Assembly (NCBI GenBank): GCA_963823665.1 | Contig: CAWGMQ010000001.1 | Coordinates: 1-47,131 of the forward strand | DNA length: 47,131 nt | Direction of reading: 5' to 3' | Origin: an uncultured Planctomycetota bacterium | GTDB taxonomy: Bacteria; Planctomycetota; Planctomycetia; Isosphaerales; Isosphaeraceae | Shown here: positions 11,452 through 20,050 of the stretch, one piece after another | Position numbering within the stretch: position 1 is the stretch's first letter | Layout: every line of letters begins with the position of its first letter | Made by a program: the position numbers and the translations under genes | Notes under the pieces: model-generated | Told to the model about the DNA's origin: nothing | Seen by the model: the letters and a program-made list of their open reading frames with translations, nothing else | The model's database searches: none

Positions 11452-12905
11452 GACGGTCCTTTCGGCAATGTAATGAGGAAGCAGGCGCCGGGCTCATCGG
11501 CCTCGCCGAGGTCGATCCGGCCGCCGTGGGCCTCGACGATCCGCTTGGCGATGGCCATTCCCAGGCCGGTTCCCTTGGCCTTGGTGGTGAAGAACGGGTC
11601 AAAGATCTTGTGGCGTTGCTCTGGGCTGATGCCGTGGCCGTTGTCATGCACGCGGACGCAGATTGCCGGTCGGCCATCGACGAGAGTATCCTCCGCGCCG
11701 ATGTCGATGGCCACAGGAGGCGAGCCGGCGGCCAGAGCATTATCGAGGATATTGCGGAAGACCTGCCCCAGTCGAAATGGGTCTGCTGTGCACCGGAGGT
11801 CGACGCCATCAGTCGACTCGTGCAGCTTGGCGTGCTTCTCTCTAGCAGCGGGGTCGAGATGGGCCCAGGCCTCGCGCCACACCTGCTGCAAACTACAGGG
11901 TTTTTTGTCGAGGTTGATCGGCGCGGCGTAGCCGCGCACATCTTCGTAGAGAGTGTGGAGGTGATCCTGTGCGTCCTGGAGGCGCTTGATCAGGTCGAGT
12001 GCTTTGGGCTGATCGCGCACGCATAGGGCAAGCATTTCCAGGCAAGCCTGGCCGCGCTGCAATGCGTTGCGGCTTTCATGCGCGAGGCCCGTCACCATCT
12101 GGCCGATCGCGGCGAGCCGCTCGGATTGGAGCGCCCGCTCCTGCGCCTTGCGCAGGAACGTGATGTCCAGGCCGACCTGCAAGATCGCCGGCCCTTCTTC
12201 GTAGTCCGAGAGATAGCGAGCATTCCATGTCATCCATCGCAGCGACTTGTCGCGGCAGATTATGGGGTTCTGGAACCCGCGGATTGGACTGCCGGCGACG
12301 ACCCGATCGAACTCATCTGCGACGGCGCGCCGGTCGCCTTCCTGAACCAGCAGCTCGAAGTAGTCGCGTCCGCGAGCCTCCTCGGCGGAGTATCCCGAGA
12401 GCTGCTCGGCGAACGGGCTGAAGTACACGATTCTGTGATCGTCGGGCCTGAGAATCACGATCACGCAGTCAGCCGCCTCGACCAGATGACGGAAGGCAGC
12501 CTCGCTACGCTCCTTGGCAAGTGAGAGTTGCCTGCGTTCCGCGATGCGGCTCAAGGTCTTGCGGAGGAGGTCGACATTCAGCGGTTTGAGGAGATAGTCG
12601 GTTGCTCCCTGACGCAGCGCGGCGATTGCTCCCTGAATGTCGGAGTAGCCCGTCACGACAATGACGGCGGCGTCGGGAGCGGCTGCCTTGAGGCGGGGCA
12701 TGAGCTCTTCGGCGGACGCATCAGGAAGCCGGCGGTCCAGGATGATCGCAGCAAACCGTTCCCAATCGCGGCGTTTGAAGGCCTCGGCGCCGCTGCCTGC
12801 TGAAGAAACCCGGTGATCGTCGAGCTCGAGGATGTCGCACAAGTTGTCCCGAGTGTGTGCGTCGTCCTCGATGACCAGGATGTCGAGCGCTGCCAGAGAT
12901 TTCAT
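11448..12905 (-). CDS. hybrid histidine kinase, REC-PAS-HisKA-HATPase
   Basis: REC ILVIEDD...ILDRRLPD; PAS FSPFAEQLSGYSAEE; H-box GLAHESRN; NILDNA, DNGHGI, FDPFFTTKAKGTGLG. Confidence 0.93.
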   Translation of the reverse strand: MKSLAALDILVIEDDAHTRDNLCDILELDDHRVSSAGSGAEAFKRRDWERFAAIILDRRLPDASAEELMPRLKAAAPDAAVIVVTGYSDIQGAIAALRQGATDYLLKPLNVDLLRKTLSRIAERRQLSLAKERSEAAFRHLVEAADCVIVILRPDDHRIVYFSPFAEQLSGYSAEEARGRDYFELLVQEGDRRAVADEFDRVVAGSPIRGFQNPIICRDKSLRWMTWNARYLSDYEEGPAILQVGLDITFLRKAQERALQSERLAAIGQMVTGLAHESRNALQRGQACLEMLALCVRDQPKALDLIKRLQDAQDHLHTLYEDVRGYAAPINLDKKPCSLQQVWREAWAHLDPAAREKHAKLHESTDGVDLRCTADPFRLGQVFRNILDNALAAGSPPVAIDIGAEDTLVDGRPAICVRVHDNGHGISPEQRHKIFDPFFTTKAKGTGLGMAIAKRIVEAHGGRIDLGEADEPGACFLITLPKGPS

Positions 12906-12909
12906 GAGC

Positions 12910-13671
12910 TCAATCCGCTCCGATGCCGGCCGCGCCGTGTTTCCTGGCGAGTTCATCGAGCGTCCGGAGCAGTTCCGGTACGTCGAAGGGTTTATAGCAG
13001 ACGGCGTCGGCTCCCTCGGCAAGCGTCTGCGCGACAAGGCTGTCCACTTCGGCTGAGAACCCCGTGATCAGGATGGTGTGCGCCCGTGGATTGGTCTGGC
13101 GGACCGCGCGGAACACGCCTGATCCATCACCGTCGGGAATTCGCATGTCGATCAGTACAACCTGGAATTCGGTGTTCTGGAGCTGCTCAGCGGCTTCGCG
13201 GTTTCCGTGCGCCAGACTGACGCGGAAACCTCGCTCGCGGAGCAGATCCCAGAGTGAGGTGCAGAGGTCACGGTCATCGTCTACGATCAGCACCAGTGGC
13301 TGTTCGAGCGCTTCGTCCACCAGGGATAGCAGCTCGTCGAAATCCACAGGTTTCGGGATGACCTTCCACGCACCGGCGGCCAGTGCTTCCTCGGCTGTGG
13401 CGGGTGTGGCGTAGGCCGTGACCAGGAGCGACACGGTTTCCGCGCGCCGTTTCTTGATTTCGCGGTAGAGGGTGAGCCCGTCCATTCCGGGCATTTTCAG
13501 GTCCAGCAGCGCGACATCGTAGGGCTGGCGGCTTATCAGCTCAAGCGCGCCCCTCCCATCGTGGGCGCAATCGACGTGAAAACCGAGGTCGGTCAGGATG
13601 TCGCTCAAATTGCGACAGATGTCCGGATCGTCGTCTACGACGAGTATCCGAGCCCGCTTTTCCGCAGTCAC
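12910..13671 (-). CDS. response regulator with two receiver domains and no output domain
   Basis: ILVVDDD...LLDLKMPGMDG...PKP and LIVDDD...LIDMRIPDGDG...YKP. Confidence 0.93.
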   Translation of the reverse strand: MTAEKRARILVVDDDPDICRNLSDILTDLGFHVDCAHDGRGALELISRQPYDVALLDLKMPGMDGLTLYREIKKRRAETVSLLVTAYATPATAEEALAAGAWKVIPKPVDFDELLSLVDEALEQPLVLIVDDDRDLCTSLWDLLRERGFRVSLAHGNREAAEQLQNTEFQVVLIDMRIPDGDGSGVFRAVRQTNPRAHTILITGFSAEVDSLVAQTLAEGADAVCYKPFDVPELLRTLDELARKHGAAGIGAD

Positions 13672-14846
13672 AGCGATGCTCCGTCGGCTTTTGCGGCAGT
13701 AAGTCGAATTGTGAACACGCTGCCCCGGCCCAGCTCGCTGGCCACGCGGAGCACACCTTGGTTCTTTTCCACGATCGCACTCGAGATCGCAAGCCCCAAC
13801 CCCAAACCACGGGCTTTGGTGGAGTAGAGCGGCTCCGTCACGCGGGACAGGATTTCGGGCGGTATTCCGGATCCGGTATCGGTCACCGACACGTCGACAA
13901 ATCCGTCGATCGCTTGTCCTGCGATGACAATCCGCCCGCCGTCCGGCATGGCGTCCTTCGCGTTGCGGACCAGGTTGCCGAGCGCGATGCGGAGCTGATC
14001 GCTATCCCCGAGGGCATCAGGCAGCCCTTGCGGGCACTCGATCGAGACCTCGACCCCGTCGCCCAAGGGGTTGATATCCAGCGTGTCGTGAATGAGTGAT
14101 TCGACTGTGAACGGCCGCAGGTTCTGCACGGGAACTCTGGCGAAATTCGATAGGGAGGTGACGACCGCGTTGGCGACATCGACATTGTGCTCGATCCGCT
14201 TCAGGTGCTCGGCTGCTTTCTCGGGGCTCAGGTTGCGGGCGTTTCGAAGGTAATAGACCGACGTCTTGAGCACGTTGAGCGGGTTGCGTATCTCGTGTGC
14301 AACCCCGCCGGCGACTTGCCCAAGAGTCGCCAGTCGCTCGTTCGCCTGCAATCGAGCCATGTACTCAGATTGATAGGCGTCTTCGATGATTGCCAGGTCC
14401 AGATCGAGCAGCTTGTTGAGTGCCCTCACCGTCTCTTTGAGACCCAAGGGCTCGCCTTGCCAGGCCTCGTGCAGCGAGCGAACGAGACCGGTACGCAGCC
14501 GGGCGAGCGCGACATTGGTATAGACCTGCTCGAGGCCGATTTCGACGTGCCGCCAGCCGACTCGCCACCGGCGGGCGACGTAATCCTCATCGTAACGCCC
14601 TGCGAAGAGGTCTCGAATCCATTGCACCAGGGTACCCTTCAGCCGCTCGATCTGAGCTGTACCGCCTGTGATTACTTTGCGAGCGTTCGGGTGGCGCTCG
14701 ATCTCGGCGTAGAAATCGTCGATGAGATCGTGAAGATAGGGGTCCACGAGTGACGCAGCGCCAACAATGCGCTCGCGATCGCTCTCGACCCAACCCACGT
14801 AGAGCTGCAGCTCTCGATATCGTTCGAAGAGCCGGGCCACGTCCAT
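13668..14846 (-). CDS. globin-coupled (protoglobin-domain) sensor histidine kinase
   Basis: sensor globin LIDDFY (B10 Tyr), IERLKGTL, RVGWRHVEIGL (proximal His); H-box GVAHEIRNPL; NLVRNA, DTGSGI, GLGLGL; RBS AGGAGG before ATG 14846. Confidence 0.9.
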   Translation of the reverse strand: MDVARLFERYRELQLYVGWVESDRERIVGAASLVDPYLHDLIDDFYAEIERHPNARKVITGGTAQIERLKGTLVQWIRDLFAGRYDEDYVARRWRVGWRHVEIGLEQVYTNVALARLRTGLVRSLHEAWQGEPLGLKETVRALNKLLDLDLAIIEDAYQSEYMARLQANERLATLGQVAGGVAHEIRNPLNVLKTSVYYLRNARNLSPEKAAEHLKRIEHNVDVANAVVTSLSNFARVPVQNLRPFTVESLIHDTLDINPLGDGVEVSIECPQGLPDALGDSDQLRIALGNLVRNAKDAMPDGGRIVIAGQAIDGFVDVSVTDTGSGIPPEILSRVTEPLYSTKARGLGLGLAISSAIVEKNQGVLRVASELGRGSVFTIRLTAAKADGASL

Positions 14847-14875
14847 CTGCGACCTCCTGACTCCGGCTGAATTCC

Positions 14876-14970
14876 AAAAAAAATACCCACGTTCCACCGC
14901 CTGGTGGTAACGCGGGCCATCTCAACCCGTCCGGACAACCCAATCACGAGCTATCCGGGCAATCGACTTG
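14876..14970 (-). promoter_or_regulatory. dual-hairpin attenuator C upstream of the sensor operon
   Basis: minus strand: P1 CCGGATAGCTC-GTGATT-GGGTTGTCCGG, P2 GGGTT-GAGAT-GGCCC overlapping terminator CCCGCGTTACCACC-AGGC-GGTGGAACGTGGG then TA-T8; -10 TAGAAT at 14976-14971. Confidence 0.78.
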
Positions 14971-15091
14971 ATTCTACACAACAAGAAAAGCGGATGGGAA
15001 GGGCTTACCGACGATACGTAACCTGCTTCGAGCTGCTCCCGATGATTCGGTCGCGGGAGAGCTTGCTGTTTCGAGTTTGAGCAAGTAGGGG

Positions 15092-15120
15092 TTGACCGAT
15101 TGCGTCACTGCGGGTATGAT
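15092..15120 (+). promoter_or_regulatory. sigma70-like promoter of attenuator D
   Basis: TTGACC, 17-nt spacer, TATGAT. Confidence 0.75.
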
Positions 15121-15124
15121 TCCT

Positions 15125-15206
15125 GAGTCCTTGCTCACGACGGGCGAGTGATCGTCGGCTAAGGCGGCCCCGACATGCGAACATTCGCGCGTTGGGGTTT
15201 TTGTTT
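15125..15206 (+). promoter_or_regulatory. dual-hairpin attenuator D upstream of csrA-usp-adh
   Basis: P1 CTTGCTC-ACGAC-GGGCGAG, P2 GGCT-AAGGC-GGCC overlapping terminator GCCCCGACATGCGAA..TTCGCGCGTTGGGGT followed by TTTTGTTT. Confidence 0.82.
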
Positions 15207-15384
15207 GCGCCTCGCCGTCCATCTGTCTGGTGACCGGGGAACCAGGAAGCTCAGTCTTCCCGGACGCTTCGCGGTAATGGCTGCCGCACCCGTGCTTCGT
15301 TGGTGGTTCCCTCTATCCCTCGACGCAACCGACACAACGTACTACTGCCTTTCTTCACCTCGATGATCAAGGGAGTGCTCAGCC

Positions 15385-15603
15385 ATGCTCGTGCTTACCC
15401 GCAAAGTGAATGAGTCAATTGTGATCGACGGAGACATCACAATCAAAGTGGTCGGTGTCCGGGGCAACCAGGTTCGGCTCGGAATCACCGCACCGCCGTC
15501 ACGCTCGATCTACCGCTCCGAGCTTCGCGAACGCGCTGGCGGCAAATTCGCAGCGCGGCCAGCCGCAGTTCAGACCGAGACGCAGCACGCGATCAGCCGA
15601 TAG
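15385..15603 (+). CDS. csrA: carbon storage regulator CsrA family RNA-binding protein
   Basis: MLVLTRKVNESIVIDGDITIKVVGVRGNQVRLGITAP...IYRSEL. Confidence 0.92.
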   Translation: MLVLTRKVNESIVIDGDITIKVVGVRGNQVRLGITAPPSRSIYRSELRERAGGKFAARPAAVQTETQHAISR

Positions 15604-15653
15604 AGTAGCGTCCTTCATTATCCGAGAAGGCAACTGAATGGGAGGGAGTCGCC

Positions 15654-16505
15654 ATGCTCGCCAGCATCTTGATCGGCCTCGACCCGTTCTACTACAACGA
15701 TGAACGTCTGGATGCGATTATCGGCTGGGGAAAGCGCTCGGGCGCCACCTTGGTTGGTCTGGCCGCAATTGACGAGCCCGGTGTGCGCGCGATCGAGCCA
15801 GCCTCGCCCGTCGGCGGAACACCGGGCGTGGACCCGGTTCTTTACCAAGGCTACGAAGGTCGGCTGGCCGAGCTCAACCGCGAAGCCGACCTCGTCCTGA
15901 AGCGATTCGCCGCCCGCTGCGGCGAGGTGGGTGTCAGCCATTTGGAGCTGAAAGCATCCGGGGCACCGCACGAGCTCTTCGAGCGAGAGGCTCAATCTTG
16001 CGACTTGATCGTTTTGGCCCGAGGTGCCCGTTTCCGATTCCAGGCCCGCGACGATGAAGTTGACGACACGATCCAAAGAGTGTTGAAGAACGCACCTCGG
16101 CCGCTTCTCATCACGTCCGATGGCGAGTTAGCGTCAGGCGCTGTCGTCGTCGCCTATGACGGTAGCCTCCAGGCCGCTCGAGCTCTCGCGGCCTTCCAGG
16201 CGACCGGCCTCGGCGCGTTGGAGCAGGTGCATGTGGTCACGATGGACAGCAACACCCTCGACGCGACACGCCACGCTGATCGCGCAGTCAAGTTCCTTGA
16301 CTTTCACAAGATCGAAGCGATTCCGCACGTCTTACCGTCATCGCCCGATCCGGCCCACACAATCCTCGACCACGTTCGCCGCCTGGGAGCCGGCATGCTC
16401 GTGATGGGCGCCTACGGGCAGCCAATGTTGCGCGAATTCTTCGTTGGGTCCGTCACCCGTACCATCTTGACGGAGTGCCCGATTCCGGTCTTTTACTACC
16501 ACTGA
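15654..16505 (+). CDS. universal stress protein
   Basis: ASILIGLD, DLIVLA, VVVAYDGSLQAARAL, LVMGAYG...FFVGSVTRTIL. Confidence 0.9.
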   Translation: MLASILIGLDPFYYNDERLDAIIGWGKRSGATLVGLAAIDEPGVRAIEPASPVGGTPGVDPVLYQGYEGRLAELNREADLVLKRFAARCGEVGVSHLELKASGAPHELFEREAQSCDLIVLARGARFRFQARDDEVDDTIQRVLKNAPRPLLITSDGELASGAVVVAYDGSLQAARALAAFQATGLGALEQVHVVTMDSNTLDATRHADRAVKFLDFHKIEAIPHVLPSSPDPAHTILDHVRRLGAGMLVMGAYGQPMLREFFVGSVTRTILTECPIPVFYYH

Positions 16506-16557
16506 CCAATAACTTGAAATCGGCGACCGCGGTTGCTTCGGCGGGAAGGGCCAACAT

Positions 16558-17586
16558 TTGCGTGCGATGATTCTGAGTGCTCTGGGTGCGCTGGCTGACA
16601 ACCCGGCGCCACTCCGGCTGGCCGAGCTTGCCGATCCGTTACCGGCCAGTGGCGAGCTGCTGATCAACGTACACTCATGCGGAGTTTGCCACACGGAGCT
16701 GGATGAGATCGAAGGTCGGATGCCGCCGTCCCGATTGCCGATCGTGCTCGGCCATCAGGTCGTCGGGCGGGTCGTGGACTCGGGCGCGGGGACGAGTGTC
16801 TTTCGATCCGGTGAGCGGATCGGCGTCGCCTGGATCTTCTCCGCATGCGGAACATGCGACTTCTGTCGCCGAGGCGAAGAGAACCTGTGCGAACAGTTTC
16901 GGGCCACGGGCCGCGATGTTAACGGCGGCTATGCCGAGCTCATGACCGTGCCCGAGGCGTTTGCTCATCGAATTCCCGATGCCTTCACGGATGCCGAAGC
17001 CGCACCTCTCCTCTGCGCCGGCGCAATCGGATACCGGTCGTTGCGCCTGGCGGGCTTGCGCGATGGCCAAGACCTGGGATTGACTGGTTTCGGCGCCTCG
17101 GCGCATCTCGTGCTCAAGATGGTGCGATACCGTTATCCCCACGCCCGGACCTTCGTCTTCGCTCGCGCCGAGGCGGAGCGTGCCTTCGCACGTGAGCTCG
17201 GCGCAGCCTGGGCCGGTGACACGTTGGCGGAATCGCCCACGAGGCTCCACGCCATCATCGACACGACCCCCGCGTGGACGCCAATCGTCGAGGCGCTCAA
17301 GAATCTCGAGCCTGGCGGCCGGCTCGTGATCAACGCGATTCGAAAGGAGGATCGTGATCAGGATGCGCTGCTTCGCCTGAGTTATCCGACTCACCTCTGG
17401 AAAGAGAAGGAGATCAAGACGGTCGCCAATGTCACCCGCCAGGACGTCCGTGAGTTCCTCCAACTGGCCGCCGAGATTCCCATGAAGCCCGAGGTGCAGG
17501 AGTATGCCCTCGAGGACGCCAACGAAGCCCTCGTGGCACTCAAGTCGAGCAGCATCCGCGGGGCGAAGGTCTTGAGGGTCACTTGA
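16558..17586 (+). CDS. zinc-dependent alcohol dehydrogenase family protein
   Basis: CGVCHTEL, LGHQVVG, structural Zn motif CGTCDFCRRGEENLC, APLLCAGAIGYRSL, GFGASAH. Confidence 0.92.
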   Translation: MRAMILSALGALADNPAPLRLAELADPLPASGELLINVHSCGVCHTELDEIEGRMPPSRLPIVLGHQVVGRVVDSGAGTSVFRSGERIGVAWIFSACGTCDFCRRGEENLCEQFRATGRDVNGGYAELMTVPEAFAHRIPDAFTDAEAAPLLCAGAIGYRSLRLAGLRDGQDLGLTGFGASAHLVLKMVRYRYPHARTFVFARAEAERAFARELGAAWAGDTLAESPTRLHAIIDTTPAWTPIVEALKNLEPGGRLVINAIRKEDRDQDALLRLSYPTHLWKEKEIKTVANVTRQDVREFLQLAAEIPMKPEVQEYALEDANEALVALKSSSIRGAKVLRVT

Positions 17587-17615
17587 TGCCATTAGCGGCC
17601 TGAACAAAATAGCCT

Positions 17616-17644
17616 TTGGATTTTTGATCGCAGTTGATTATGCT
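17616..17644 (+). promoter_or_regulatory. sigma70-like promoter of attenuator B
   Basis: TTGGAT, 17-nt spacer, TATGCT. Confidence 0.6.
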
Positions 17645-17650
17645 GGAAGG

Positions 17651-17733
17651 GAGTCGAGTCGCTCACGATGGGTGATCAGATAGTGGCTATGGCGGCCCCG
17701 CCTTGCGTTTTATCGCAGGGATGGGGTTTTTTT
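17651..17733 (+). promoter_or_regulatory. dual-hairpin attenuator B upstream of a 100-aa gene
   Basis: P1 GTCGCTC-ACGAT-GGGTGAT, P2 GGCT-ATGGC-GGCC overlapping terminator GCCCCGCCTTGCG..CGCAGGGATGGGG followed by T7. Confidence 0.82.
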
Positions 17734-17783
17734 ACGCGCATCGGTTGCGGTGCACTAACGGTCGAACGGCAAGGAGCATTTCC

Positions 17784-18086
17784 ATGACGCCCAACCCGAG
17801 TGAAGTGATCGTGATCGCCGAGAATCATTCGTTCCATTCGGTGCACGGCTCGTCCGTCCACCATCGAGATTTTCCAGAGGTCAGGGGCGAGGGAAACTCG
17901 CCTGAGGATGCTGCCGAGCGCCTGGCCCAGCAGTTGTTCCGCACGCTTGACAGTGCGCCGAGCGACTGGCGCAGGGAGATCCTCAACCGGGCGATCGACG
18001 ACGTCCGCGCCTTTGCGAAACGAGAACACGCGGCATCCGCCTGCAGTCGCCCGGCCACCCCTGGATCCACGAGCGGCCAAAACTGA
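17784..18086 (+). CDS. hypothetical protein, possible HicB-like N-terminal fold
   Basis: RBS AAGGAG; HHRDFPEVRGEGNSPEDAAERL resembles the PDLPG...GxTxEEA pattern. Confidence 0.7.
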   Translation: MTPNPSEVIVIAENHSFHSVHGSSVHHRDFPEVRGEGNSPEDAAERLAQQLFRTLDSAPSDWRREILNRAIDDVRAFAKREHAASACSRPATPGSTSGQN

Positions 18087-18137
18087 TTAGAACGTACAAT
18101 CTTGATGAAGGACCCGGGTGCTTCTTCGGCGCCTCGC

Positions 18138-19130
18138 TCAGCGAGCCAGCTCGCTCAGCAACGTCAAGAGCGAGGTCGGAACGACCTTCGGCTGGGTCCA
18201 GGTCTGCGAGAACGGCGTGAGCACAAGCTGCCCCTGGATCTCACCCACCATTTTATTCGTTTGACCCTCGTGTAGTGCGTCAATTGCGAAAGCCCCCATC
18301 CGGCTCGCAAGCACTCGGTCGCGAACGGCCGGGGCGCCGCCGCGCTGCAAGTGCCCGAGCACGAGCAGCCGCGTGTCGAACGCCGCGCCGCGCTCTTTCA
18401 ATTCCTGTCCGATTCGATGCACACCTCCGGCGATGGCCCCCTCGGCGACGATCACGATCCACGACGTCTTTCCGCAGCGATGTTCTTCGATCAGGCGTGC
18501 GATCACGTCATCGACGGTGAAAGGGGATTCGGGTATGAGCGCCGCATCGGCGCCAGTCGCGAGCGCCGTGTAAATGGCGATCTGGCCGCTGTGACGGCCC
18601 ATCACCTCGACGAGGAAGAGGCGCTCGGTTGCATCGGCGGTGTCGCGAATCTTGTCCACGGCTTCTGCGGCCGTGCTCACCGCGCTGGTGAAGCCGATGC
18701 TGACATCCGTTCCGGCAAGATCGTTGTCGATCGTCCCTGGGCAACCGATCACCTCCCCTTCCCAGTACCGTGAAAGCTCGACGCAGCCACGAAACGTGCC
18801 GTCGCCGCCGATCGCCACCAGGTGGTCGATCCGGTGTCGTCGCAATACGTCGGCCGCCGCTCGCATGCCTTCTTCGGTTCTGAATCGCTCACAACGGCTG
18901 GTGTGCAGGATCGTACCTCCGCGATGAATGATGCCCGAGACACTCCGGAGGTGCATCTGCCGATCATTCCGATGAAACGAATAGTAGAAATCCTCCTCGA
19001 GCATCCCCTGGTAGCCACGACGGATGCCGATGACTTCGTCACCAAGCGGGAGCGCGGCCCGAACAACCGCGCGGATGCACGCGTTCATACCTGGGGCGTC
19101 GCCGCCGCTCGTGAAAACTCCGATACGCAA
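18138..19130 (-). CDS. pfkA: ATP-dependent 6-phosphofructokinase
   Basis: RIGVFTSGGDAPGMNA, GGTILHT, IGGDGT, PGTIDND, VEVMGRH, LGHLQRGG; TTG start after GGAGGAG. Confidence 0.95.
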   Translation of the reverse strand: MRIGVFTSGGDAPGMNACIRAVVRAALPLGDEVIGIRRGYQGMLEEDFYYSFHRNDRQMHLRSVSGIIHRGGTILHTSRCERFRTEEGMRAAADVLRRHRIDHLVAIGGDGTFRGCVELSRYWEGEVIGCPGTIDNDLAGTDVSIGFTSAVSTAAEAVDKIRDTADATERLFLVEVMGRHSGQIAIYTALATGADAALIPESPFTVDDVIARLIEEHRCGKTSWIVIVAEGAIAGGVHRIGQELKERGAAFDTRLLVLGHLQRGGAPAVRDRVLASRMGAFAIDALHEGQTNKMVGEIQGQLVLTPFSQTWTQPKVVPTSLLTLLSELAR

Positions 19131-19212
19131 TGTCCTGCTCCTCCCGTAGCGTCGCACCTGCCCTTTTCGCCGTTCGCGTGTTGCCGAGCCCTGACAGGAC
19201 ACGCAGCAACGC

Positions 19213-19992
19213 CTACTTGCCTTTGAATGCGGGTTTCCGCTTCTCCAGAAATGATTGGATGCCCTCCTGATAGTCCTCACTATCATAAACCTGCCGCCGC
19301 ATGCCTTGGAGCCGCTCAAATGTCTCCGGGCTCTGAGGACGTGCCTCGGCCAGCACCCTTAGCTCCTCTTTGAAAAGCGCGATGCACAGCGGCGATGTCT
19401 CCGCGATCCGGGCGGCAATCTCCCGCGTCACATCTTCAATCTCGGTCGCGGGAACGACGGCGTTGACCATTCCGACTCGGGCAGCCCGCTCAGCCGGGAT
19501 TGGCCGAGCCGTGAACAGCATCTCCTTGAGCAGCGGCACCCCGATCGATTTCATCATATTCAAGATGCCCACCATGTTATAAGGCACGCCCAGCTTGGCC
19601 GGAGTGAACGCGAAGGTCGCGGAGGGCGCGGCGATGACGATGTCGCAGGTAATCACGACCTCGCAGGCGCCGCCCCAAACGCTCCCCTCGACCAGCGCGA
19701 TGATCGGCACGGGTGTCGACTCGATCGCGCGCACGACGCGGCGCAGTGGGTCGTCGTACGCGAGCGGATCACGCCCATGCGCGGGCAGCTCCGATACATC
19801 GTGTCCCGCCGACCACACCACCGCGCCGGCCTTCGCCCGCAAGATCACGGATCGCACACCGGAGGCTGTCATTTGGTCGAGAGCCGAAATCAACTCCTCG
19901 ATCACCACTCTGGAGAGGGCATTGCGCTTCGCTTCGTGATTGAGCGTGATCGTGCCGGTGGCGCCTTCAATCGTCGTGAGCACAAGCGGCAC
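19213..19992 (-). CDS. scpB: biotin-independent methylmalonyl-CoA decarboxylase (crotonase family)
   Basis: SAGHDVSELP.HGRDPLAYDDPLR, EGSVWGGA, LGVPYN, FERLQGMRRQVYDSEDYQEG closely follow E. coli ScpB/YgfG as I recall it. Confidence 0.88.
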   Translation of the reverse strand: MPLVLTTIEGATGTITLNHEAKRNALSRVVIEELISALDQMTASGVRSVILRAKAGAVVWSAGHDVSELPAHGRDPLAYDDPLRRVVRAIESTPVPIIALVEGSVWGGACEVVITCDIVIAAPSATFAFTPAKLGVPYNMVGILNMMKSIGVPLLKEMLFTARPIPAERAARVGMVNAVVPATEIEDVTREIAARIAETSPLCIALFKEELRVLAEARPQSPETFERLQGMRRQVYDSEDYQEGIQSFLEKRKPAFKGK

Positions 19993-20050
19993 AAGATCCT
20001 CCCCCTGGATGTTCCACCGAAGTGTCAAAGCACCCCGGTGACCGGCCGGC

